Under the pieces are notes generated by a model. The model saw only the letters and a list, made by a program, of their open reading frames with translations, was not told the DNA's origin and did not search any database. A stretch of 64,000 nucleotides of DNA from Clostridia bacterium (GTDB lineage Bacteria > Bacillota > Clostridia > Christensenellales > UBA1242), in the NCBI GenBank assembly GCA_016297845.1, contig JAEDFV010000001.1:80-64079 (forward strand). The letters are read 5' to 3'. Below are positions 21,901 to 31,600 of the stretch, piece by piece; within the stretch, counting starts at the first letter, position 1; each line of letters starts with the position of its first letter. Position numbers and translations under genes: made by a program.

Positions 21901-24900
21901 TAGACAGAAGGTTTGTTGAACTTCCAACAATTCCACCAACACAAGATTGTGTGTTAACTGAATCGACTGAATCGCAGGAAATTGTCATATTAACGTTTGC
22001 AGTTGCAAAACTGTTGTTAAATTCAACAAGCCCAGCTTCGATTGTTCTTTCAATTGTTCCATTATTTTGTCCAACTGCACCACCAACAGAGATTATTGAA
22101 GCGCTTATGCAACCTATTTCAAATTTTCCAGAAACAAGCATAGTTAATTTTGATGATGCTGTTATGTTGTTTAAAATAGTTCCGTTATTAACTCCAACAA
22201 CTCCGCCAAAATATAGAGTGTTGTTGCCAACAGAAATTGAACTGCCATTTTTAATTTCAACTGAAACATTTTCAATTGTTCCGCTGTTCTTTCCAGCAAA
22301 ACCTCCAATATAAATTGTTTTGCCTGTGTTTTCGCTGAAATCCAAATTGAATAAAACATCAAGTTTTATTCCAGAAATTGTTCCTGTTATTTCTTTAAAA
22401 AGTCCAATATAAACTTCATTGGTTGTGTTTGAACAACTTTCAAATTCTTTTGTGAATGTTGCGCTTTTCCCATCTTCTGATTTAATTGTCCCAGAAAGTG
22501 TTTTATTCGACCAATCATAGCCCGACAAGTCAAAATTTCCCGAAACAATATAATATTTTTCGAAATTAGTATTGACTAATTTTTCAATGTCATCAGCAGT
22601 CTTTATGTAATAAGGATAAGCTTCGCTTCCATCATTTATATTAACCGAAATGTCAACAAATGTTGAATAATCACTTACAGTTGAATAACTGTCAAGAGCG
22701 ATTAATCTTAATGTACCTTTTCCTGCAACGTCATTGTTTTTTAATTCAATTTTCAATCCAGTCTCAATTTTTGTTATTGAAATATCAGATTCATCAATTC
22801 CTTCGGTCGCTGGAATAAAGACATAGTTCCAGTTTTTGTTTGTTGCTTCAAGAGGGAAAATGGAAACAAGAACTTGGTCGTTGTTTGAATAAGGGTCAAG
22901 GTTAATTTGCGTCTTGTTCACAGATATAACATCAACTTTGTTTGCCTGTTTAACATTGAAATTAATGTTTTTGTAAACACTGGAATTTTCAACATCTTTT
23001 GAACGAGAAACGCTTGCTGAGAGTGTAACTCTTCCCAAACGTAAATTTCCATCGTCATCAAAAAGATTTCCATCATTAACCTTGCAGGTAATTATTCCCA
23101 TGCCTGCATTTTCGCCTCTCTTGAAAAATTCAAAAGTGAAAACATCACATGTGTAAACATCGCTGTCTACATTTTCAACTTTTGCAAGTTCTCCAACATT
23201 AGTCGTCCAAACAACTGCATCAAAAATGTCTTGTTTAATCGAAGTTGGAACAACGTTTAAATATATGTTTGCAGTTGCAAGATTTTTTGAGAAATACCCA
23301 ACTGATGTGTAATCATATAAACTGAAATTGGTTGAACCTTTGCTTGTCGAAATGGAAAGCGAACTTATTTCAGTTATGGCTGACATTAAAATCATACCGT
23401 TTGCATTCTCAGTTACAGAAACTATTTCTCCGCTTTCATTAACTTTGTTAAATGTGATTTCAACTGTAAGTTCTTTTTTCGAAAATTCGTTTTCAAAAAT
23501 CAATTTTCCGTTTGTAGGAGTTTCAATTACAGTTCCATCAATTTTCAATTTGTATGTAAAATCACCACTCGCAGAAATTAATAGTGGGACTGCCGAATTA
23601 GTTTTAACAATTGCATATTGGTCATATGTTTTTTCGTTATAAACATAGTTAGACAAAACAGCAGTTAAACTTGAATTTTGACTTACCTCAGGGAAAGAAA
23701 TTTCAGCATTTGAAACACTTTGAATAACGTTGTAGTTAAAGGTTATTTTCACACCATTTCCAAGAACAACCTCAAAACTTCCAAACCCTGTGTCTATTGC
23801 AGTAAGTTTGATTTTTTCACCATCTTTAATCACTTGTAAAATTCCACTTGATGAAATCACAGTGAAATCTGACAATGCCCCAAGCGAAGCACTGCCTGCA
23901 AATCCACACACTTCAAGTTCAAGTGTTTTTCTTGAATTGTAAACTTCTTGACCCAAAACTTTTCCGCTTGTGTTAAGGTCAAAATTGTAATTATTTATTG
24001 ATTCAATTCCAGAAATAAGTTTAACATTTGTAGGTGAATTTTGAACATTGAAATTGTAGGTTTTTTCAGTGACAAAATCCACTCCCTCAAACGTAAATGA
24101 AATTTTTGCTTTTACGTTGTAGGTTTTAGGCGTAACACCTAAGTTTGCTTTAACACAGAATGTTTCTCCACTTGAAAAAGTAAGTGTTTGTTTTTGTGTG
24201 CCCGTTCGTGTCATGAGAATGAACTTACCAAGATCAGCATCTTCAAATTCAAGTGAAATTGTCGATTGCGAGAATAAATCACTTCTGCCAATCGAAATTG
24301 TTAAACCTGTTCCATAACTTCCACTGTAGTAGTCATATATCAAGAATTCTTCACTTTCTTTCGTTTCACCAAGCTTTTTGAGTTCAATCAAACTTGATGC
24401 AGTTTTGAATTCAACGGTTGTTTTTAGACTTTCGCTGTATTCATACTCTCCAACTTTGAAAGTGAATTTCACGTCATATTCAGAATATCCTTCATACTTA
24501 AATTCAAATTCAAATACATACGTTGAAAATTGTTCTCGTGAAGTGTCAACAAGATTTTTAAATTTTGATGTTGCAAAATTGTTTTGAGTTATTTGTTCAA
24601 GGTTTGTTGGAATGATATATATCCCAATTTCTTGACCTTTTGAGAAAGCTTTGGCAGAAATCTCCAAATCTTTCTCATCACAATCAAGAGTTACATAGAC
24701 CTTTCGAACTCCATATGAAACACCTTCTTTAGATGTAACATTTTGTATAACCGTCAATGTCTCGCCAAGTTCGGCATAACTTTCAATACCAGAATTGTCA
24801 TAAACTGTCTTTTTAAGCCCCATACTTTCCAAGCTGTCAACAACAACAACTGAAATTGTATCAAGCGCTTCTGTCCCAACAAGTCGAATTGCTCTGACAG

Positions 24901-25627
24901 AAATTTCGCGACTAGATTCAATAACTCCCGTAACTCCCTCACCGTCTGATGTTGAAAGAACGGTTTTTCCGTTGTTGGTCAAACTCACGTCGCCATCGAA
25001 AAATTCTAGGTCACGCATATTGGATTCAAGAGGATAGAAATTGAAATAGTTCTCGGGATTTATTTCAAGAGTTTTTCCTTTTTCAAGATAGATTATTGCA
25101 TTTGTTTTTGCAGAAAAATTTTCAAGTTTTGAAAAACATTTAACAACAAATGATGTCGTTTTCCCAAATTGCCCAGTTTTAACAAAAACTTCGGCAGTGC
25201 CCGCAGAATTTGCAGTTATTGTAACTTTTGCCTTTCCGTTTGATAGATATTCAACTTTTGAAATCGAAACACAGTTTGAATCAGTTGAGAAAAAGACATC
25301 TTTTCCCATTCCTTCAAAATAACCGCCAATTTGAACAGTAATTTCTCTTGAAGCAAATTGTTCATTGCCAACAATGAGAGAAACAGCATTTTGTGATGAA
25401 ATCAAACCAAGATAGGTTTTTCCTTGAGTAAACAAATCCTTTTCCGAAGACGACAATCGCAGTTCGTCAGAGAAATCGTTTTTCAGAGTGGTGGAAAGTT
25501 GAGTATCAAGCCCGTCTGAAACGTAGATTGATACATTTTCCCCAGAATTTTCTCCGCAAGAAACTAGGGTCACCCCACAAACTGCGACCAGAATCAAAAT
25601 TATTAAACTAAAAATTCTTTTTCTCAT
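15980..25627 (-). CDS. giant surface lipoprotein (3215 aa) with Ig-like N-terminal domains and GLUG-type beta-helix repeat arrays
   Basis: Own SD (GGAGG 7 nt upstream). Signal peptide with lipobox LVSC. Big_2-like segment (VSISKVEYLSNGKAKVTITANSAGTAEVFV). Dozens of repeats such as VGGVVGNNSGTIENC, VGGAVGTNSGTISG, VGGLVGINNGDITNS. Confidence 0.85.
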   Translation of the reverse strand: MRKRIFSLIILILVAVCGVTLVSCGENSGENVSIYVSDGLDTQLSTTLKNDFSDELRLSSSEKDLFTQGKTYLGLISSQNAVSLIVGNEQFASREITVQIGGYFEGMGKDVFFSTDSNCVSISKVEYLSNGKAKVTITANSAGTAEVFVKTGQFGKTTSFVVKCFSKLENFSAKTNAIIYLEKGKTLEINPENYFNFYPLESNMRDLEFFDGDVSLTNNGKTVLSTSDGEGVTGVIESSREISVRAIRLVGTEALDTISVVVVDSLESMGLKKTVYDNSGIESYAELGETLTVIQNVTSKEGVSYGVRKVYVTLDCDEKDLEISAKAFSKGQEIGIYIIPTNLEQITQNNFATSKFKNLVDTSREQFSTYVFEFEFKYEGYSEYDVKFTFKVGEYEYSESLKTTVEFKTASSLIELKKLGETKESEEFLIYDYYSGSYGTGLTISIGRSDLFSQSTISLEFEDADLGKFILMTRTGTQKQTLTFSSGETFCVKANLGVTPKTYNVKAKISFTFEGVDFVTEKTYNFNVQNSPTNVKLISGIESINNYNFDLNTSGKVLGQEVYNSRKTLELEVCGFAGSASLGALSDFTVISSSGILQVIKDGEKIKLTAIDTGFGSFEVVLGNGVKITFNYNVIQSVSNAEISFPEVSQNSSLTAVLSNYVYNEKTYDQYAIVKTNSAVPLLISASGDFTYKLKIDGTVIETPTNGKLIFENEFSKKELTVEITFNKVNESGEIVSVTENANGMILMSAITEISSLSISTSKGSTNFSLYDYTSVGYFSKNLATANIYLNVVPTSIKQDIFDAVVWTTNVGELAKVENVDSDVYTCDVFTFEFFKRGENAGMGIITCKVNDGNLFDDDGNLRLGRVTLSASVSRSKDVENSSVYKNINFNVKQANKVDVISVNKTQINLDPYSNNDQVLVSIFPLEATNKNWNYVFIPATEGIDESDISITKIETGLKIELKNNDVAGKGTLRLIALDSYSTVSDYSTFVDISVNINDGSEAYPYYIKTADDIEKLVNTNFEKYYIVSGNFDLSGYDWSNKTLSGTIKSEDGKSATFTKEFESCSNTTNEVYIGLFKEITGTISGIKLDVLFNLDFSENTGKTIYIGGFAGKNSGTIENVSVEIKNGSSISVGNNTLYFGGVVGVNNGTILNNITASSKLTMLVSGKFEIGCISASIISVGGAVGQNNGTIERTIEAGLVEFNNSFATANVNMTISCDSVDSVNTQSCVGGIVGSSTNLLSNLESVGTITASNFDNVGGVVGNNSGTIENCLSQAVVVGHDNVGGAVGTNSGTISGMIVESLEKKSGVTLISGNNNVGGIVGNMTGGSLGSSSFISYLSDTNAVDISSSNKYGFIVGAKTGGTIDYVVAIADGNGVSQFEITDTERNYAIYKKGDNNPTKSYGVAENKLKTEIKEVEGFGFIFLPTATINMMLTEEGEKFELSSSSLDGKVAFYIFLHDKNGDYIEKQISSMLTTSLGNRYLIESSNNEILAISNGKLVPKSIGETKLIVSSPYVTGSQEIYVKVISFANNISVYLDSTKATEIENDSTVVFDAELSKILYLSLLDKYNLKNFDIPTDIKMLFKIVVGGETKYIKPGEEILDLALKLVQNDPETYQISVNGNTGEYNVTILPYIEFVGEDGKTYFKILDLEVDEKSKKEINSKFVFENTTKGINISKNKIETEPYYVTDMNVSLDSINENEEVTISIKELDENGNILVDPGTLYLELIVQCGEDSLTNKSGESYGDTLSFHINCKVNSNFTIKFKLDENGKTISSAKTFKITITASNGVSSSMTITYQPQSVISVYTNLFPTISKDEEKYNFSGRFSYIPSGVIIPGQHSLLELSITPYFTYFKTVEIVNVEGNEYDLAFDLFDRVLDAPLSGAKRISNGISIPKSLIQNGKFYVRAFADQRMSDNSQVALKVIFRDENGNQIGDEVLLNFFVERLPGVILTVDGVSSGNNENNPVKLAQGVSYDLDVDVKGFTFGTFTTSGSIITDGQVCFELSGNASGFVSIVKNDDGTYKLVIKDALPSGERTLMIKSYGLDIDGEKSQEAILYIELEQFVVKENNLSDIVSNVFNNIYASAIGNSYTFEISLNSDILIYNKSNETIRNNVLKFLSDLSVGNETELVWSFRESTGTWNTIIGNKNFKDGVGNTKVYTTSKGGFKISYNETTKKIVIKFMKVHTPSAPDLEIKFSAKFYYNDNGIPSLYTEDVIGKNLYTLSQIFTFDISEKTSLRNPYPIYSYEDMLDMREGNYYILMNDIPLPDDFTPIETLIGGFNGNNYKITLPREYSLKSEETKSIKFGLFKITAQNTLLQNIVIFVNENTNFNFYDYTSVTFGLLVGENNGKITNCSVQGEQYAIMNLNLFGIPDSTEVGNQVGGLVGINNGDITNSHIETGLSLNATNLSTSGYLPANLGGITAINGGSGSIASSYVKARIENNTAGSVSAITGGVVGVNQLGGTIFTTYITSGYTDADMFPDEVAGVNIIYSTASAGAFVYENYGEISNCYSNIPVKTNESASGFVFNNQSEGKITHCYSTSALESSAKNGVFIGILTGISENSILNSGELEACFALESGNFNKGLGSNKGVEGLEILQTENDFSDSDKFEKYAFSNTADKTEGVWFWANGSLGEVDFCNEKGEYLTFSTKAPQLVSPNILTYGHKKLVDTYFDSATETTTYIYEDEEKNPEGSKFNPYIISSQDDLEFLISSSSGFTSGVIIKDLYCRLIGDIIYETSTVSSGLYQYTFLGNLEGNGYTIGNYVLDSGAKLDNAGFFGTIGLASQKVGSIKNLTFAPRYISLANCNNVGAVAGTVYGATLVNIVIDGATYAVELEGVTVLGKNAVGGICGVAEGEFNFNNIISSISVNASYRASLNNHPIREYLNGNSNQVSYAGMIAGIVNGYGRVVFASVYGNNVSAAENAGLMFGYIGKNVIVQNLEAIGAQGQKVKADVYGGVVAGHNLGTIEDVKIVGDDGSAYLGFFGSENFSPNAIGNIAGYMSNGTIKNVYVNTKLKAKIDVGALGGAVGLMSAGRIENVIIIGEIIGGNKIGGLVGQIKNLDSSSYKISIIDSFHSGAITSTSSEVITSVGTVVGYISGYVEDMINCKVVSPDSGVNSELTKTINIILTSAFKDDIQQKLSDGSYLTKIVINNYSISESLQVWYGIGIYEYKTTYKKGLLSDASLDIYKISSDNETIYIPLSAKYTLNGEKRPK

Positions 25628-25645
25628 ATCGTCCTCCGTTAGTTG

Positions 25646-28600
25646 TTAACAAAGTTTTTTAAACTTAGCATCGTTCTTTGTTGAAATTGTAACTTTTTGA
25701 TTATTAGCATCAACAACAGTTCGTTCAAGTGTATACAATTCAATATTTGTATCTTCTAAAACAAATTCTTTGCCATTAATTAGCGCCTGAACTTGACCAA
25801 TTACTCCTGAAAAATAGTTATTTGAATAATAGTTATAGTTCCACTTTGATACATTGTGACCACTCGTGGTGAAAACTAAAACATTCGCTCCATCGTCGAT
25901 TTTATAATATGTAACTGTATCACCCCCTCCGGACGGAGTTCCACTGCCTGAACTATAAGTTCCAGTAAACGATGCTATTATTTTCTTTCCTCCAACATTT
26001 TCTGAAACCCCAACAACATACGCATCACTGTCAGTTGTTAATACAGAATCATCTGCAAATAAGTTTTGGTTCGACCCAAAGTAAATTTTGTGGCCGTTGC
26101 CGTTAAACGTTCCAGTAAATCCAGAAACCGGCTTCCAAACATATTTGCTAAGGTCTACGTCAGACATAAGATTGATTGTTTTATCTTTATGATTATAAAG
26201 CGCATACGCTAAACCTGCACCAGTGTAGACGTTGATGCTTACATCATGCAATGAGTAGTCTAATCCCCGTTTAGCTTCATCATAGTTATATTTCGCTGGG
26301 AATATTCCAATCAGTGTATTCCAATAATTCGAAAAACTTTGACCAGTGGTGTTTTCTGGCGTATAGGACCCAGTTACTGTCCCAGAGTTATAGCATTGAT
26401 TAGCTTTTAAATCGAATCGTGAACAAAAGTACACAGACATTGTTATAGTATATATCCCAGGACCTTTATATTCAAATTTGCAAGATATCGAATATCTATA
26501 ATTTGTCTCATCTATATCAACGTTTGATTTAGTATAACTATAACCATTCCCTTCATTATACAAATTAGTACGTACAAGTTCTGTGCCCTTAACAAAGATT
26601 GCACCTTGAACTGGTGATAGGTTGGTACCTTCCTGATATACTCTTACTTCAAATGGAATACCTTCTATTTCAAAGTAACCTGCCTGTTTGCCAACGTTAC
26701 CAGACATAGTACAATCCATTTTTTCTTCAACGAATCCATCCTTATGTCCAAAATAATCTCCAACAATTCCGCCAACCCATATAGAACCAGTAATGCTTCC
26801 AAAGTTTGCACAGTTTGTAATTGAAACAGTACTGCTACTTGGAACCTTTCCCACAATTCCGCCGGCATTTCCTTTTGCAGAAGCTGTGACTGAGCCGAAG
26901 TTTCGGCAACCAGAGATTGTTCCGGCAGTCATCTCAAAAACAATTCCCCCTGCATTTGCCCCACCTGAAACGGTGTTATAGTTTTGGCAGTTTTTAATAG
27001 TTCCGCTGTTAGAGTTGACCAGCCCAGCATCTGTGCAAGTTGCACCCGAAACAATTATTCCTGAAAGCGTTCCAGAGTTTGAGTCAATAACGGAATCTAT
27101 AGAACTAGGAGCATACACAAGTGCCAAGTTTTTGATTGTTCCCTTGTTCTCATTGGCAAATTGAACAGCATTAAGGCCATATATATGATAGCCCTGCCCG
27201 TTAATTATTCCTGAGTTGGTTGTGATTGTTTTCCAATCAGTCATGCTCATATCTGTCATGAAAGCGTAATTGTTGCCTTTATTGATTGTTTTCCCGCTCA
27301 TCAACTTCAAGAAGCCAACATGAGGGAGATAGAAAGGGCCGTCATCGTCTTTTGTTTTAATGTCTAAATATTCGAATCCTTTGTAAGCTTTTAACCCAGC
27401 TACGTCACCAGCTTTGAAAGTTGGATAACCAAAATTGTACCCGGAGTTTTTTATCCAAACAAGACCGTTTGAATCACTTAGGGGAATTTGATTCGTACCG
27501 CTTAAATCCCCAATTTTGCAAACTGAATTTGAGGTTTCTTCTCCGGTTCCTGAACTTGAATTTGAAAAATTTTCAACTGCGTCTGAGTCGTAGAAGAAGT
27601 TAGAAACTATATTTTGGCCATTTGCAACACTGTTGGATTCTGCTTGCTTAATTGCCGTGAATGAGTTGTAAACTATGCCTTTGCTTGGAGCGGAAGGTGA
27701 TCCATCTCCATTGCAGAATGCATATTGCGCGCCGGAGTGAACAGCACCTGTTGAGTAGCAGTTTTCGATAACTCCTGTGTTGTTTCCAATAAATCCTGCA
27801 TAAGCAGATTTAACGTTCAACACAACACCAGTGTCTGCAATTTTTCCTGTGTTCGTTCCTACAACACCAGCAACAACGGTTCCTTGAATCGTGCCAAATT
27901 CAGCAGCGAGAAGTTTGAAATCATTACCTGTGTAGCCCGAAACTTCAACAGAAAGAGCAAAAATAATTCCTTTGTTTTTGTCTGCCACGCCCGATGGAAC
28001 ACCATTTTCCACACTTGTGACATTTCCTTTGCTGTCCGTTCCATTAAATTGCTTTGAAGTGAATTTGATTTTCACACCAGAGATGTAACCGTTTATTGTT
28101 CCAAAAATGGATTGTTCTCCCGAAGCAGTGATTGTATGTCCATCACCAACCAAGTGACCATTGAGTTCAACTGCGGAAGGTTTATTTATAGAACCTAATG
28201 TGCGGTCATTAGTTAAAACATAATAACCTTCGCCTAAACCTGCAGTTAATGAAGGGTTTTCATGAGGCTTAAGTTTTGTGCCTTTTTCTTCTCCAACTTC
28301 ACCGTTCAAAGGTTTGTCGTCACCAGTGAGTTCTGACAAAATATTGCTATAATACAAATTTTTCCCTTTCGCGTCTGTTGCAAGATTGATTTGGTGGCAG
28401 TAGTAATTGCCATCACTAACATAGTCCTCACTATGTGTATTACCTACAATTGCACAAATTTTTGAGTTGTTTGCTGTTGCGAAAACATACATTGAAGTTA
28501 AACTGTAGTTTCCAGTTATTGAGCCTTCTATATCTCCAATATTTCCAACATAACCAACAATTCCGCCAACATTAAGAGCAGACAATTTTGACCAAGAAGG

Positions 28601-31600
28601 ATTATCTTTTTTACCAATTTCAATATTTCCCCAAGCGTAGTTTGTCGAAACTGAATATCCTTCACCGCTACCGGCGTCAATCCAACCAACAATTCCGCCA
28701 ACGTAAAGACTAGCACTAAGTTTTGCATTAATTTTTATATCTCCAGAGACTTTTGATTCTTTAATTGATGCTTTAGGTCCCATAAACCCTACAATTCCGC
28801 CAGCATAACATTTCCCGGATTCTGGGATAGTTAAATCAATTGTCCCCGAATATTTAGAGTTTGAAATAGTTGATTTGTTTGTCGAGTTTAAATGACCAAT
28901 TATCCCGCCAACATAAATAACAAAAATCTTTTGAGAATTTCCTTCTGCTGTAACTTTCAAGTCGCTTCCAAATTGAACATTTTCAACTTTAGAAGAACCC
29001 ACAATCAAACCGAAAAGTCCGCCAACTGATGATGGTAATGGGTTTCCTTCTGAATCTACAACTTCTGAAGCAACAAGTTGCAATGACAAAGGCTCATCTC
29101 CGTCTTTTTTGCCTTTAAGAGTGACATCAACATTGTTGAATTGAGTAACATTGCTTACTTGACCTGCAATTCCACCAAGATTTATTAAATTTATTGTTTT
29201 GTTTTCTGCTTGATAGATTGAACCATCAACTTTAACTTTCCAATTTTCATCAATTTTGGTTGAAAGGGTGTTGATTCGACCAAACAGCAAACCGACATTG
29301 GCAGTTTTGCTTTGTCCAAGTTCAATTGAAACCTTTGTCAAAATTGTATCGCTTACAAGACTTTCAATTTCAGAACTATTTTTGTCATATGCTTTTCCAT
29401 ATCCAGTTTTGTCTGAAACAATTGCTGTTGTTCCTTGAGCATAGCCAACATATCCGCCAGCATAAACTTCTTTTTGCTTTTCGGACTCAGAATCTGTAAT
29501 GTCTTGAACAGTGATTGTTGTTTCTGAAACATTGTTATAACTGTAATTAATTGACCCTGATGTTTCTCCGAACATTCCGCCAACATAGACCATATCTAAT
29601 GGAGTATTTGGAGTTGTAACAGAACATTTATCCACTTTCACAAGCGAAATTTCAGCAATTGCGTTGGTGTTATTATCAAATCTTCCTGCAACAATTCCGG
29701 CATAAACAACCAAATAGGAATTATAGTTTTCTGTTGTTTCATTTTTCCCAGTACTTTGGTTCCATCCCTTACTATACGTGGTTTCTGTAATTTGTTCGCC
29801 ATCTGATGTTGAGGTTATTTTGCAGTTTGAAATTGTTATATTTCCGAAATCTACAACTCCAATAATTTCCCCAGCAACAACGCCAATTTTAGCTTGAGGG
29901 CTATTGATTGTTATATTTTGGAAAGTAATGTCTGAAATTTGAGATTGCGCTGTCATTGTGTTAGCAAGAACTGCAGTTGCAACGTTTGAACTTTCAGTTA
30001 CTCCATCAACCTTTCCGTCAAAAGTCAATTTCGAAATTTTTGCTCCAGCAATGTTATCAAAGAACGCACGAGTCATTCCAGTTAAAATTATTGCGCCTTC
30101 TTTTTCTCCATACATTGTTCCAAAGAATTTTGAGAAATATGCACCTTCATATGAATTTTGTAAACTTCCTTCAATCGCACTGAAATTAAAAATCAATTTC
30201 TCACCATCTACGGTTAAGCCCGCAAGTTCAGATGCTTCAAATTCACCATATGTTGATGATTTACCAGGTTCGTAAGTATAAGGGTTAAAAGTTGTTGTTG
30301 GGTTATCCCCAAAGATTACAACATTATCTCTCTTATAATAACGAGACAACTTCAAGATATCTGTTGGTTTTTCGATATAAAGAACTTTCGCCGTAACTCC
30401 AAAATAGATTGTTGGAAGAATTCTATCTTCTCTAAGTTCCCATGCACTTGGGTCCCAGAAGCTTCCAAGGAACATTTTGTTGATAACAGGGCTGTCAAGT
30501 TCAAAACCCTTATAATCGCTCATTGTAAACGTCAAGTTGTCTGCAAATTTATTTTCTTCTTCTTCTGCAGGAGGATTTCCGTCAACTTCGCCAAGAACAA
30601 AATTATATCCTGAATATTTGAATGTTTTGTTTGCAAAGACGGCTTTATCACCAGGTTGATTATAGTACAAAATTGAATAATCGCCTTTTTCTTTTTCGCC
30701 TTCATAATTTGTTCCAACAAGAGCGCTAAGCGTTTTAAGATTTATTGTTTGAACTTTGTTATTCTCTTCATTAAATTCATATGTTGCAATTTCATTATCG
30801 CCAACCTTTTCATTATCGCCAACCTTATATGTTGATGTATCTATGTAATAAGTTTTTCCTGACGTTGAGAAAGTTATTGCATTCTTTGATAGGTCATATA
30901 ATTTACCATCTTTTCCCTCTTTCATCACAACAACTTTACTTGTTCCACTTGGATAATAGTATTGTGCAACGTAGTTTTCGTCGTTTGCCAGTTGTTCTCG
31001 TGTAAGGAGAGTTCTATTACTACCATTTGTCATGTAACAAGTTTTTCCGAAAACTTCAAATTTGGCAACTTTGCCTTTGTAAGTGGAGCCTTCAATATCG
31101 TTATTAGAATCATAACCAACAATTTGAATTCCAATTTTAGCAACCTTATATGTTAATGTATCTATGTAATAAGTTTTTCCTAACGGGTTAAAAGTTACTT
31201 TATTTCCTGATGGGTCATATAATTCACCATCTTCGTCCTCGTACATCACAACAACAACTTCAGTTGTTCCATCTTCAGTTGTTTCATCAAGATAATAGTA
31301 TTGTGCAACATAGTCTTTGCCGTTTGCCAGCTGTTCTCGTATAAGGAGAGTTCTTACATCGCCTTCTTTCACGTAATTTGTCACGTAACATGTTTTTCCG
31401 AAAACTTCAAATTTTCCAACTTTGCCTTCGTAAGTGGAGCCTTTAATACCGTCATTAGAATCATAACCAACAATTGGAATTCCAGTTTTAGCAACTTCTT
31501 CCTTGCTGACAATATGCAAAACAAGAGTTTCGGTTGCTGAGATTTTTAAAGTGAAATCTCTGTAATCATAGGTTTTTTCATTATTTTCACCACTATATTC

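Noticed and set aside
21603-22313. 236-aa + strand ORF antisense to the 3215-aa giant ORF
   Set aside because: Its product is a low-complexity mirror (PPT/PTL-rich) of the sense-strand GG[IV]VG repeat codons. It has no SD, no promoter geometry, no recognisable motifs and no compositional shift, unlike the IS1 ORF at 38822.
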